From: an uncultured Verrucomicrobiota bacterium
GTDB taxonomy: Bacteria > Verrucomicrobiota > Kiritimatiellia > CAIQIC01 > Lenti-01
Length of the DNA stretch: 64,000 nt
Direction: 5' to 3'
NCBI GenBank assembly: GCA_964393515.1
Contig: CAYMTY010000003.1
Span: 42,002 to 106,001 of the forward strand
Of the stretch, positions 9,959 to 18,867 are shown piece after piece. Numbering within the stretch: position 1 is the first letter of the stretch; each line of letters begins with the position of its first letter. The translations under genes and the position numbers were made by a program. The notes under the pieces are model-generated. The model saw only the letters and a list, made by a program, of their open reading frames with translations. It was not told the origin of the DNA and searched no databases.

Positions 9959-11728
9959 TTATTCGGCCAATTCAAGTATTTCCGGCGTGACGCGGCCGAC
10001 CAGTTCGCGGCAGGCATTCAGCACTTCCGCCCCGGTGGCCATGCCCTGCGCGGCCCGGGCCAGTTCGCACGCCTCGTCAAACCGGATGTGGCGGATGACA
10101 TCCTTGACCAGCGGCACGGCGCCGGGGCTCGCGCTGAGCTCCTCGACGCCGAGCCCCACCAGCAGCGGGGTCAGGACGGGCTGGCCGGCGACTTCCCCGC
10201 ACACCCCGGTCCAGACGCCGTGCCGGCGGCCGGCCTCGACGGTGCGCCGGATCAGCTGCAGCACCGCCGGATGCGTCGGCTCGTAGAGGTGCGCCACCCG
10301 CTCGTTGCCGCGGTCCACCGCCAGCGTGTACTGCACGAGATCGTTGGTGCCGATGCTGAAGAACTTGACCGCGGGGGCGATCAGGTCCGCCGTCAGCGCC
10401 GCGGAGGGGATCTCGATCATCGCGCCCACCTCGACCTGCGGGTTGAAGGTCAGCCCCGCGGCGGCCAGTTCGGTCTTGCATTCTTCCAGCAGGGCGTTGG
10501 CCTGCGTCACTTCGCCGGCGCTGCTCACCATCGGATACATGATCCGCAGCTGCGGATTGTGGGCCGAGGCGCGCAGCAGGGCGCGCAGCTGGGTCTTGAA
10601 CATCGCCGGCCGCGCCAGGCACAGGCGGATCGCGCGCCAGCCCAGGAAGGGGTTGGCCTCGTCCGGCAGCTTGAAGACGGCCGGCAGCTTGTCGCCCCCG
10701 AGGTCCAGCGTGCGGATGATGACCGACTCCGGCAGGATCCGCTTCGCCACCTCGGCGTAGGCCAGATACTGCCGCTCTTCGGACGGCTCGCCGCCGTCGG
10801 CCAGGAACAGGTATTCGCTGCGGAACAGGCCGATTCCGCGCGCGCCGCGCGCCCAGGCCGCCGCAACGTCCGCCGGCATCTCGATGTTCGCCGCGAGCAT
10901 CACGGCATGTCCGTCGAGCGTGGTCGCGGACTCGTCCCGCAACGCCGCGAGGCGCTTCTGGATGACGGCCCGGCTGCGGGCGATGCGGCCGTAGTCCGCC
11001 TCCTGCGCGGGCGACGGATGCGCCACCAGCAGTCCCCGCACGCCGTCGAGAATCACCCGGTCGCCGTCCTGCAGCAGGCGGCACACGTCCCGCAGGCCGA
11101 CGATCGCCGGCAGTTCCATGGCGCGCGCCATGATGGCCGTGTGCGACGTGGGACTGCCCAGTTCCGTCACCACGCCCAGGATCTTGCGGCGGTCGAAGGC
11201 GGCCATTTCAGAGGGGGCGATGTCCCGCGACACCACCACCCGCGGCGCCTCCAGACCCGCCAGGGGGTCGCCCCCCCCGCCCCCCAGGTTCCGCAGGATG
11301 CGCCGGGTCACGTCCCGGATGTCGGTGGCCCGTTCGCGCAGGTAGTCGTCCTCCATCTGCAGCAGGGTCTGGGCATAGCGTTCCGACACCGCCACCAGGA
11401 CCGTCTCGATGTTGACGAGCTTTTCGCGGACTTCGCGGTAGATTTCGTCCACGAAGCTGGGGTCGTCCACCACGTGCAGGTGAGCCTCGAAAATGCCGGC
11501 GCTTTCGCTGCCCATGGCTTCGCCGACCCGCTGCTGGATCTCGTTGAGCTGGCGGCGGGTGGCGATCAGGGCCTCCTCGAAACGGATCAGTTCGCGCGGC
11601 ACGTCCTCCGCGGGCAGGGCGTATTCGCGCACCGGCTGGTCGTCCGCCTTCAGCAGCAGGACCGGCCCCGTCGCGAGGCCCGGCGCGGCCCCGATCCCCC
11701 GGAGTTCGAGTTCCCGCTGGGGTTTCAT
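9959..11728 (-). CDS. ptsI: Phosphoenolpyruvate-protein phosphotransferase (PTS Enzyme I)
   Basis: N-terminal PEP-utilizing domain, central phosphohistidine domain and C-terminal PEP-binding domain (GGxTSHAAI-like motif SPTSHTAIMAR). Start chosen at the internal Met (MKPQRELELRGIGAAPG). Confidence 0.9.
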   Translation of the reverse strand: MKPQRELELRGIGAAPGLATGPVLLLKADDQPVREYALPAEDVPRELIRFEEALIATRRQLNEIQQRVGEAMGSESAGIFEAHLHVVDDPSFVDEIYREVREKLVNIETVLVAVSERYAQTLLQMEDDYLRERATDIRDVTRRILRNLGGGGGDPLAGLEAPRVVVSRDIAPSEMAAFDRRKILGVVTELGSPTSHTAIMARAMELPAIVGLRDVCRLLQDGDRVILDGVRGLLVAHPSPAQEADYGRIARSRAVIQKRLAALRDESATTLDGHAVMLAANIEMPADVAAAWARGARGIGLFRSEYLFLADGGEPSEERQYLAYAEVAKRILPESVIIRTLDLGGDKLPAVFKLPDEANPFLGWRAIRLCLARPAMFKTQLRALLRASAHNPQLRIMYPMVSSAGEVTQANALLEECKTELAAAGLTFNPQVEVGAMIEIPSAALTADLIAPAVKFFSIGTNDLVQYTLAVDRGNERVAHLYEPTHPAVLQLIRRTVEAGRRHGVWTGVCGEVAGQPVLTPLLVGLGVEELSASPGAVPLVKDVIRHIRFDEACELARAAQGMATGAEVLNACRELVGRVTPEILELAE

Positions 11729-11744
11729 GGCCGCGTTTGGTCCG

Positions 11745-12047
11745 TCAGTCCTCGAAGAACTTCTGTGCGAACAGCTCCGCCACGGCAGCCAGGGCTTCCG
11801 CCGCATCCGCCCCCGTGGCGTGGAGCTTCAGCCGGGCCCCGTGGTTGCCCTCCAGGGTCAGCAGGCCCATGATGCTCTTGGCGTTCACCTTGACGCCGTT
11901 CTTTTCAATCAGGATCTCGCTCTGGAAGCGGGCGGCCGCCTTGACCAGCAGGGCGGCGGGGCGCGCATGGATCCCGTAGCGGTTCAAAACCGTCACCTCG
12001 CGCGTCAGCGGCCCACCGGCGTTCGCCCTGGCGGTTTCCGGACTCAT
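11745..12047 (-). CDS. ptsH: Phosphocarrier protein HPr
   Basis: GIHARPA His-15 region; conserved Ser-46 region (KSIMGLL). ATGA overlap with hprK. Confidence 0.85.
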   Translation of the reverse strand: MSPETARANAGGPLTREVTVLNRYGIHARPAALLVKAAARFQSEILIEKNGVKVNAKSIMGLLTLEGNHGARLKLHATGADAAEALAAVAELFAQKFFED

Positions 12048-13003
12048 GCTTCATCCTTCCGGGACAGGGCGACCTTGAGCTTCTCGTCGAGTTCGCGGGC
12101 GGCGTCGTGGCCCATCTGCTTCAGGCGCTGGTTCAGCGCGGCCACCTCGACCACGTGGGTCAGGTCGCGCCCCGCCGCCACCGGCACCCGCAGCAGGGGA
12201 ATCTCGACGCCCAGGACGTTGCGGCTGGCGGCGTCCAGTCCGGTCCGGTCGATGTCGTCCTCGCCGCCCCCGTTCTTGCGCATGCAGATGATCAGGTCCA
12301 GGCGCCGCTCGTTGCGCATCGAGGAGATGCCGAACAGGCGCGGCACATGGATGATGCCCAGGCCGCGGATCTCCATGTGCTCGCGGGTGATTTCGACGGC
12401 GGAGCCCTGGATGGTGCCGGTGCTGTCCAGTTTCAGCACGACGGTGTCATCCGCCACGAGGCTGTGGCCGCGTTCGATGAGGGCCAGGGCGATCTCGCTC
12501 TTGCCAATGCCGGGCTCCCCCTCCAGCAGCACGCCGACCCCGTTGATCTCGACCATGGTGCCCGGCACGCGGATGCGCGGGCTGGTCAGGTTCTGCATCA
12601 GCACGGTGGCCGCGTTCATGAAGTGGCCGGTCACCAGGTGCGTCCGCAGCACCGGCAGGAGCAGTTCCTCGGCCACCCGCCGGATGTAGGCCGGCGCGTG
12701 GCGGCCGCGGGACATCACGTAGCCCGGCACCCGCCCGAGGGCGCGGAAGCGGGCCAGGCGCTCCTCGGGCGGCAGGCTGCCCAGGTAGGTCATCTCGGCG
12801 AGGCCCAGCACCTGGATGCGGCGGTTGGCGAAGTAGCGCAGGAAGCCGGCCAGCGCCAGCCCGGGCCGGTTCAGGGCCACCTCGGTGATTTCGCGCCCGA
12901 CCGCGGCCTCCGGATTGGCCTCCCAGTCCATCTGCAGGGGCCTTTGGGCCGCCGCAAAGAAGTCGGCCACGGTGATCCGGGGGCTTTCGGCTGTTCGCCA
13001 CAT
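12044..13003 (-). CDS. hprK: HPr kinase/phosphorylase
   Basis: Walker A GEPGIGKSE and the conserved HprK C-terminal domain. Confidence 0.9.
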   Translation of the reverse strand: MWRTAESPRITVADFFAAAQRPLQMDWEANPEAAVGREITEVALNRPGLALAGFLRYFANRRIQVLGLAEMTYLGSLPPEERLARFRALGRVPGYVMSRGRHAPAYIRRVAEELLLPVLRTHLVTGHFMNAATVLMQNLTSPRIRVPGTMVEINGVGVLLEGEPGIGKSEIALALIERGHSLVADDTVVLKLDSTGTIQGSAVEITREHMEIRGLGIIHVPRLFGISSMRNERRLDLIICMRKNGGGEDDIDRTGLDAASRNVLGVEIPLLRVPVAAGRDLTHVVEVAALNQRLKQMGHDAARELDEKLKVALSRKDEA

Positions 13004-13038
13004 GGGGTCGGGCTCCGGGGGTGCTGCACCGCGGGCCG

Positions 13039-13377
13039 TCAGGCCTCGGGCGCCGCCTCCACATCCGCCAGCCGCTGGCGCTCGTGGTGCTTTTCGATCA
13101 TCTTCTCGCGGTGCTTGCGCAGTTGCTTGTCCATCTTGTCCGCCGCCGCGTCGATCGCGGCGTACAGGTCGTTCGTGGTCTCCTGCGCCACTTCGCGCAG
13201 CTTGTCGCGGCCCTGCACGACGACCTCCGCCGTGAAGCGGTACTTCTCGTGCGAGAGGATCGCGTGGGCGTTCTCGATCCGCGGATAGCCGGCCAGCACG
13301 GGCCCGAGCCGGCCGTCCACGTAGCTCTTCAAGCCTTCGTTCACCGTCACATTCCGACCGGTAATCTGAATGTCCAT
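13039..13377 (-). CDS. hpf: Ribosome hibernation promoting factor (sigma-54 modulation protein family, short form)
   Basis: MDIQITGRNVTVNEGLKSYV...; typical HPF/RaiA/YfiA fold sequence. Confidence 0.85.
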   Translation of the reverse strand: MDIQITGRNVTVNEGLKSYVDGRLGPVLAGYPRIENAHAILSHEKYRFTAEVVVQGRDKLREVAQETTNDLYAAIDAAADKMDKQLRKHREKMIEKHHERQRLADVEAAPEA

Positions 13378-13423
13378 CGCGGTTTCCTTTCTGTGGTTCG
13401 TGGTTGCGCCGTAAATTCCCGGT

Positions 13424-14143
13424 TCACATGCGGAACGCCTTGCCCAGGTACTTCTCCCGCGCCTGCGGGTCGTTGACGAGGAATTCGCGGGGGCCTTCGG
13501 TGAGCACCTCGCCCGAATAGATCACGTAGGCCCGGTCCACCACCGAGAGCGTCTCGCGCACGCTGTGGTCGGTGATCAGGATGCCGAGCCCGCGCTGCTT
13601 CAGGTCGCGGATGATCTGCTGCACGTCGTAGACCGCCAGCGGATCCACGCCGCTGAACGGCTCGTCCAGCAGGATCAGGGCGGGATCGGTCACCAGCGCG
13701 CGGGTGATCTCGAGCCGCCGGCGCTCGCCGCCGCTGAGGGTGTAGGCCTTCTGCCCGGCCAGGTAGCCGATCTTCAGCTCCTCCAGCAGGAACTCCAGCC
13801 GGCGGCGCCGTTCGCGCGTCCCGATCGGCAGGGTCTCGAGGATGGCCAGCACGTTCTCCTCGACGGTCAGGTTGCGGAAGATGCTCGGCTCCTGCGCCAG
13901 GTAGCCCAGCCCCATCCGCGCCCGGCGGTACATCGGCAGGCGGGTGACGTCTCGCCCCTTGAAATAGACCCGCCCGCGGGTCGGCCGGATCAGCCCCGTA
14001 ATCATGTAGAAGCAGGTCGTCTTGCCCGCCCCGTTGGGCCCCAGCAGCCCCACGATCTCCCCCTCGCGCACGTTCATGTCCACGCCGTTGACCACCCGGC
14101 GCCGACGGTATTCCTTCACCAGCCCGCGCGTTTCGATCAGCAT
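13424..14143 (-). CDS. lptB: LPS export ABC transporter ATP-binding protein
   Basis: Walker A GPNGAGKTT, ABC signature LSGGERRRLEI, Walker B ILLDEP. Start at MLIETRGL. Confidence 0.9.
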   Translation of the reverse strand: MLIETRGLVKEYRRRRVVNGVDMNVREGEIVGLLGPNGAGKTTCFYMITGLIRPTRGRVYFKGRDVTRLPMYRRARMGLGYLAQEPSIFRNLTVEENVLAILETLPIGTRERRRRLEFLLEELKIGYLAGQKAYTLSGGERRRLEITRALVTDPALILLDEPFSGVDPLAVYDVQQIIRDLKQRGLGILITDHSVRETLSVVDRAYVIYSGEVLTEGPREFLVNDPQAREKYLGKAFRM

Positions 14144-14230
14144 GCCTTCTCGAACCGGCTCGGTCACTACCGCTTCCTCATGTCCGTTAGAATACCCCGC
14201 CCGCCCCCGTTTCGGCAAGCCGCTTTTCGC

Positions 14231-14758
14231 CTAGCGCTTGAATAAACTGTCCTCTTCGTCGAAATCCTCGGAGTAGACCACCAGGCGGGCCCGCGGCTTG
14301 CATTCCAGCCGCTGCTCGTCCCGCCAGAAGGTGATGACCTCGCCTTCGAGGATATTCCGGCCCTGCATCACCTGGGGGGGACCGCCCGCCAACACGATCT
14401 TGCCCGTCACCACGTCGTAGGTCGCCACGTCCGAACGGGCCTTCTTGTCGCCCTGGGTCAGCAGCACCTTGCCCTCGGCCTTGATCGTCTGCGCCCCGCC
14501 CTCCTCGGTGAAGATGATCGTCAGCTTGTTCGCGCTCAGTTGCAGGCGGGGGTCGTTCACCACCACGTTGTTCTCGAACAGGGCGAATTTCTGGATATAG
14601 TCGAACGTCAGCTTGTCCGCCGTCACCACCGTGGCGTCAGGCGCGGCTTCCAGCGACCGGCCGTCGTCCTCGAGCGCGGCCCCCGCCGGCCCGCCCGCCA
14701 GCAGCCCGCCGGCCAGCGCCAGCGCCAAAATCCATCTCGACCTCGTGTCCATGTTCAT
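14231..14758 (-). CDS. lptA: LPS transport periplasmic protein LptA (OstA-like)
   Basis: Signal peptide then OstA-like beta-jellyroll sequence; position between lptC and lptB. Confidence 0.7.
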   Translation of the reverse strand: MNMDTRSRWILALALAGGLLAGGPAGAALEDDGRSLEAAPDATVVTADKLTFDYIQKFALFENNVVVNDPRLQLSANKLTIIFTEEGGAQTIKAEGKVLLTQGDKKARSDVATYDVVTGKIVLAGGPPQVMQGRNILEGEVITFWRDEQRLECKPRARLVVYSEDFDEEDSLFKR

Positions 14759-15240
14759 TCCTCTCCTGTTTCCTCGGCCGGGGCCGCTTCCGCCGCCGGC
14801 CCCGGCGCGGCTTCCACCAGGCCCTTGTTCACCTGCGATGACAGGATCACCCGGGCGTTCTGGAAAATCTGGAACTGTTCGTTCTCGCCGTTCCACGCAT
14901 AGCCGTCGCCGGTCAGCACCGCCTTCTCCGTCACGATGCGGATCGGCGCCTTGGAGGCCGCCCGCTTGCGGTTCGGGTCGTAGGCGCACTCCGGCGACAG
15001 CACCCGCGCGGTGATCTCGCCGGCGCGGAAGATTTCGATCTTCAGCCCGGTGAGCTGGATGATGCCGTCCTGCAGAAAGGTGGCGGTTTCGCCGTAAAGC
15101 TGCTGCTTCAGCTTGCCGTCGGCGTCGTATTCCGGCAGGCGGAAGCCCTTGACGGCCTGTCCCGCCAGCTGCTGGCCGAACGCCGCCGCCGCCAGACCCG
15201 CGCCCAGCGCCGCCGCCCCGAGCGCCCTACGCCAGCTCAT
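14755..15240 (-). CDS. lptC: LptC-like LPS transport protein
   Basis: N-terminal anchor and LptC-like beta domain; ATGA overlap with lptA; operon position. Confidence 0.55.
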   Translation of the reverse strand: MSWRRALGAAALGAGLAAAAFGQQLAGQAVKGFRLPEYDADGKLKQQLYGETATFLQDGIIQLTGLKIEIFRAGEITARVLSPECAYDPNRKRAASKAPIRIVTEKAVLTGDGYAWNGENEQFQIFQNARVILSSQVNKGLVEAAPGPAAEAAPAEETGEE

Positions 15241-16069
15241 CGATCCTCCGGCACTGCCGCCACAGCGGCCCGACCGTGGCCAGCGGCAGCGCGTTGTCCT
15301 TGTCCGATTTCGCCTGCGGCGGATTCCGGTGGACTTCCCAGAACAGGGCGTCGCAGCCTGCGGCGGCCGCGGCCCGGGACAGGTACGGCACCCAGCGGCC
15401 GTCGCCGCCGGTGCCCGCGCCCCGCCCGCCGGGCAACTGCACGCTGTGGGTGGCGTCGAACACCACCGGATAGCCGAACTCCCGCAGGATCAGCAGGCTC
15501 CGGAAATCGGCCACCAGGTTGTTGTAGCCGAAGCTCGCGCCCCGTTCCGTCAGCAGGATGCTCTTGTTCCCCGTGCTCTCGACCTTCTCGATCACGTGGC
15601 GCACGTCCCACGGCGCCAGGAACTGGCCCTTCTTGATGTTGACCACCCGCCCGCTCTCGCCCAGCGCCACCACCAGATCCGTCTGCCGGCATAGGAAAGC
15701 CGGCAGCTGCAGGATGTCCGCCACCTCCGCCGCCGGCTTCACTTCCGAGACCTGGTGCACATCCACGAGGATCGGCACGCCGAATTTCTCCTTGATGCCC
15801 GCCAAAATCTCCAGCCCCTGCGCCAGCCCCGGCCCGCGGAACGCGCGGATGCTCGTCCGGTTGGCCTTGTCGTACGACGCCTTGAAGACGAGCGGAATCT
15901 TTTCCTTCTGGGCCAGCGCCGCCAGCCGCGCCGCCAGTTCGCAGGCCATGGCGCGGCTCTCGAGCACGCACGGCCCCGCGATCAGCGCCAGCGGCGCGCC
16001 GCCGCCGAAACGCACGCGCCCCGCCTTCACCGCCTTGACCGGCGCCTTGGGAAACGGATTCTTCGCCAT
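15227..16069 (-). CDS. kdsA: 3-deoxy-8-phosphooctulonate (KDO-8-P) synthase
   Basis: Full-length KdsA similarity (LIAGPCVLES..., VPILVDVHQ...). Confidence 0.9.
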   Translation of the reverse strand: MAKNPFPKAPVKAVKAGRVRFGGGAPLALIAGPCVLESRAMACELAARLAALAQKEKIPLVFKASYDKANRTSIRAFRGPGLAQGLEILAGIKEKFGVPILVDVHQVSEVKPAAEVADILQLPAFLCRQTDLVVALGESGRVVNIKKGQFLAPWDVRHVIEKVESTGNKSILLTERGASFGYNNLVADFRSLLILREFGYPVVFDATHSVQLPGGRGAGTGGDGRWVPYLSRAAAAAGCDALFWEVHRNPPQAKSDKDNALPLATVGPLWRQCRRIDELA

Positions 16070-16079
16070 GCCGCGCTCC

Positions 16080-17051
16080 TCAATTCTTCGCCAGGCAACC
16101 CTGCACGTATTCGCGGACGCCGTCCTCGAGCGGCGTGAACGCCCGTGCGTAGCCCGCGGCCCGGAGCTTGCCCATCTCCGCCTGCGTGAAATACTGGTAC
16201 TTCCCCCGCAGCGCCTCCGGCATCTCGATATACTCGATCCGCGGCGGCAGCCCCAGGGCCGCGAACACCGCCTTGGCCAGGTCGTTCCACGACCGCGCCT
16301 GGCCCGTTCCGCAGTTGAACAGCCCCGAAGCCTTGGGATTCTCCCCGCAGAACAGCGTCACGTCCACGGCGTCCTTCACCCAGACGAAGTCGCGCACCTG
16401 CTCGCCGTCCTTGTATTCCGGCTTGTACGACTTGAACAGTTTCACCGCGCCGGTCGCGCGGATCTGGCCATGGGCCTTGTGGACCACCGAGCGCATGTCG
16501 CCCTTGTGGTCCTCCCCCGGTCCGTACACGTTGAAATACTTCAGCCCGGCGATTTTCTCCAGCAGGCCGTTGCGCAGCGCCCACAGGTCGAACAACTGCT
16601 TCGACATCCCGTACATGTTCAGCGGCACCAGCCCCGGCGTCGCTTCGTCCGCGTCCGAATAGCCCCGCGCGCCATCGCCATAAGTCGCCGCGCTTGAGGC
16701 GTACACGAACCGCGCTCCATGCCCCAAACACCACTCGCACAGCTCGCGGGTGTACTGGTAGTTGTTGTCCAGCAGGTAGTTGGCGTCGGTCTCCGTGGTG
16801 CTGCTGCAAGCCCCCAGGTGATAGACTGTTTGGATCGCCGGCAATTCGTTCGCGCGAAAGGCCTCCCGGAGGCGCGCGCGGGGCCAGACATCTTCAAACT
16901 TCAACCCGCGCAGGTTCTTCCAGCGCTCGTCCGCGCCCAGATCGTCCACCACCAGGATGCGTTCCTCCCCGCGGCGGTTCAATTCCGCCACCACGTTGCA
17001 CCCGATGAACCCGGCCGCTCCGGTCACTATTGTCCAAGACTTTTCGGCCAT
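16080..17051 (-). CDS. hldD: ADP-L-glycero-D-manno-heptose 6-epimerase
   Basis: Rossmann motif TGAAGFIG; SDR/epimerase motifs. Matches HldD/RfaD along the full length. Confidence 0.9.
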   Translation of the reverse strand: MAEKSWTIVTGAAGFIGCNVVAELNRRGEERILVVDDLGADERWKNLRGLKFEDVWPRARLREAFRANELPAIQTVYHLGACSSTTETDANYLLDNNYQYTRELCEWCLGHGARFVYASSAATYGDGARGYSDADEATPGLVPLNMYGMSKQLFDLWALRNGLLEKIAGLKYFNVYGPGEDHKGDMRSVVHKAHGQIRATGAVKLFKSYKPEYKDGEQVRDFVWVKDAVDVTLFCGENPKASGLFNCGTGQARSWNDLAKAVFAALGLPPRIEYIEMPEALRGKYQYFTQAEMGKLRAAGYARAFTPLEDGVREYVQGCLAKN

Positions 17052-17176
17052 CCCAAACTGCCTTTCAAGGTCGCCACCCTATCACCCCCCCGCTGTCACC
17101 GGCAAGCCGCAAACGCACGCGTCCCGGCCGCTTTTCCCTTGCGCGCGCGACGATGGATACCCCATACAAGACAGGC

Positions 17177-17776
17177 ATGAACCTGCTGGCGCACCTGCAC
17201 CTCTCCGACGGCTGGCCGGTGCCCGTTGCGGCCGGCAATCTGCTCGCCGATTACCTGCGCCGGTTCGGCGCCGGGCTCCCGGATGCCGGCATCTCCGACG
17301 CCGGCTTCGCGGAGGGCGTGCGCCTGCACCGCGCCATCGACGCCTTCGCCGAGGCGCATCCGGGGCACCGCGCCGCCCGCGCCGGCCTCTCGCCCGCCCG
17401 CCGCCGCCTGGGCGGCATCATCGTGGACGTCGCCTGCGACTTCTTTCTCTCGCAGGATTGGCCGCGCTATTCTGCGGTCCCCCTGCGGGAGTACGTTGGC
17501 GCCCGGCTCGCAGCCATCCAGGTCTTTCTGCGCGGCCATGCCACGCCTCTGCGCGTCCTCCTCGACCGGGCCATTGCCGAGGAATGGCTGCTCGCCTACG
17601 GCACCCCCGAGGGCCTGCGCCTCACCTTCGAGCGCATCTCCCGCCGCTCCCCCGCCGCCGCCCCCCTCCGCGGCGCCGAGGAGGAGATCCTCCGCCAGCC
17701 CGAGCCCCTCCGCGCCGCCTTCGTCGACTTCTATCCCGCCCTCCGCGCCCGCTTCCCCGCCCCGCCATCCCACTGA
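17177..17776 (+). CDS. acpH: Acyl carrier protein phosphodiesterase (AcpH-like)
   Basis: MNLLAHLHLSDG...NLLADYLR resembles the AcpH N-terminus (MNFLAHLHLA). Alternative start at 17153. Confidence 0.7.
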   Translation: MNLLAHLHLSDGWPVPVAAGNLLADYLRRFGAGLPDAGISDAGFAEGVRLHRAIDAFAEAHPGHRAARAGLSPARRRLGGIIVDVACDFFLSQDWPRYSAVPLREYVGARLAAIQVFLRGHATPLRVLLDRAIAEEWLLAYGTPEGLRLTFERISRRSPAAAPLRGAEEEILRQPEPLRAAFVDFYPALRARFPAPPSH

Positions 17777-18031
17777 TTGCAATCGGCGGATCTCGTTGAC
17801 TTTCCACTACGGTGTAAAACCACAGAGGGGGCCGGATTATTCATGCCTCGTCAACCGCAGGATTCATTTTCCGACAGCTTATGGCGGATGCCTGGCTAAT
17901 GTTTCGATGGTATTCGACCTGTGCGGAGGGGGGATCTGAATCGCGCCCGAATCAAGAATTGACCGGATTAAGAATTATTAATAATCTATCGATAACCAGA
18001 ATCGGAGAAACAGGTTAGAAAGGTTGAATCC

Positions 18032-18640
18032 ATGAAAATCGCACCTGTCGTCACGTGGGTGGCTTGTCTTGTTTTGCCAGCGGCGGCACGGGCAGCATCG
18101 ATGCTGTTCTCCGCAGGATGGTTCATTCCATCCGAATCGGACTGGGACGTTTATACAACCAGCCGGAAGGATGCATTCCAAAACGGTTCGATCTACATCG
18201 CCCTTGGTTTTGAAAATTCTTTATCCGATTACCTGGCCTTGCGAGTTGAAGGTGAAGGCTTGCCCGGCGCCGATATTCTCGGGAAACGTTCATCCGGTGG
18301 TTTGGTCCGGATTGGCACGACGGACATCGGAACCCTCGGTCTCCGCGCAGGATTAACCTGGTATCCATTTCATAAAACCACTGAATCCCAATCCTTTTTC
18401 TTGGGCGCCGGCGCGGCGTACCGCTACGCTAAGGTCCTGGTTTACCAGGAAGGACGGGATGGCTATGCCCGGCATGACACCACTTCCGACTCCGCAATCG
18501 GCCCCTATTTTCTGGCGGGCTTCCGCATCAAATGGTTTTTCTCGGAAGTCAACTACGACATCCTGAGCCTTTCGAAGGCGGGCATGCCGGAATCCATCGG
18601 TGGGCTCACGTTGAAGGCGGGCTGCATCTTCACGATCTAG
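18032..18640 (+). CDS. Outer-membrane beta-barrel protein (porin-like), low-GC gene
   Basis: Signal peptide, alternating amphipathic strands, C-terminal aromatic. GC far below the window average, with an AT-rich upstream region (17780-18030). Confidence 0.6.
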   Translation: MKIAPVVTWVACLVLPAAARAASMLFSAGWFIPSESDWDVYTTSRKDAFQNGSIYIALGFENSLSDYLALRVEGEGLPGADILGKRSSGGLVRIGTTDIGTLGLRAGLTWYPFHKTTESQSFFLGAGAAYRYAKVLVYQEGRDGYARHDTTSDSAIGPYFLAGFRIKWFFSEVNYDILSLSKAGMPESIGGLTLKAGCIFTI

Positions 18641-18735
18641 GCCTTTACTGAGCCACACCATTATTCCGCACCACGGGCTTGCACCGCGGGTTGACAGGGC
18701 CGGCACTCCCCGTTATGTTTCCCCCCGACATGAAT

Positions 18736-18810
18736 GGCGCGGTAGCCAAGTGGTAAGGCGAGGGTCTGCAAAATCCTTATGCATCGGTTCGATCCCGATC
18801 CGCGCCTCCA
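18736..18810 (+). tRNA. tRNA-Cys (anticodon GCA), CCA encoded
   Basis: Cloverleaf folded by eye: 7-bp acceptor GGCGCGG/CCGCGCC, discriminator U, anticodon loop CUGCAAA, T-loop TTCGATC. Confidence 0.8.
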
Positions 18811-18867
18811 GTTTCCATTCCGTCCCCGGCGCCCCTCGGCGCCGGTTTTTCTGACCGGGGCCCCGGC

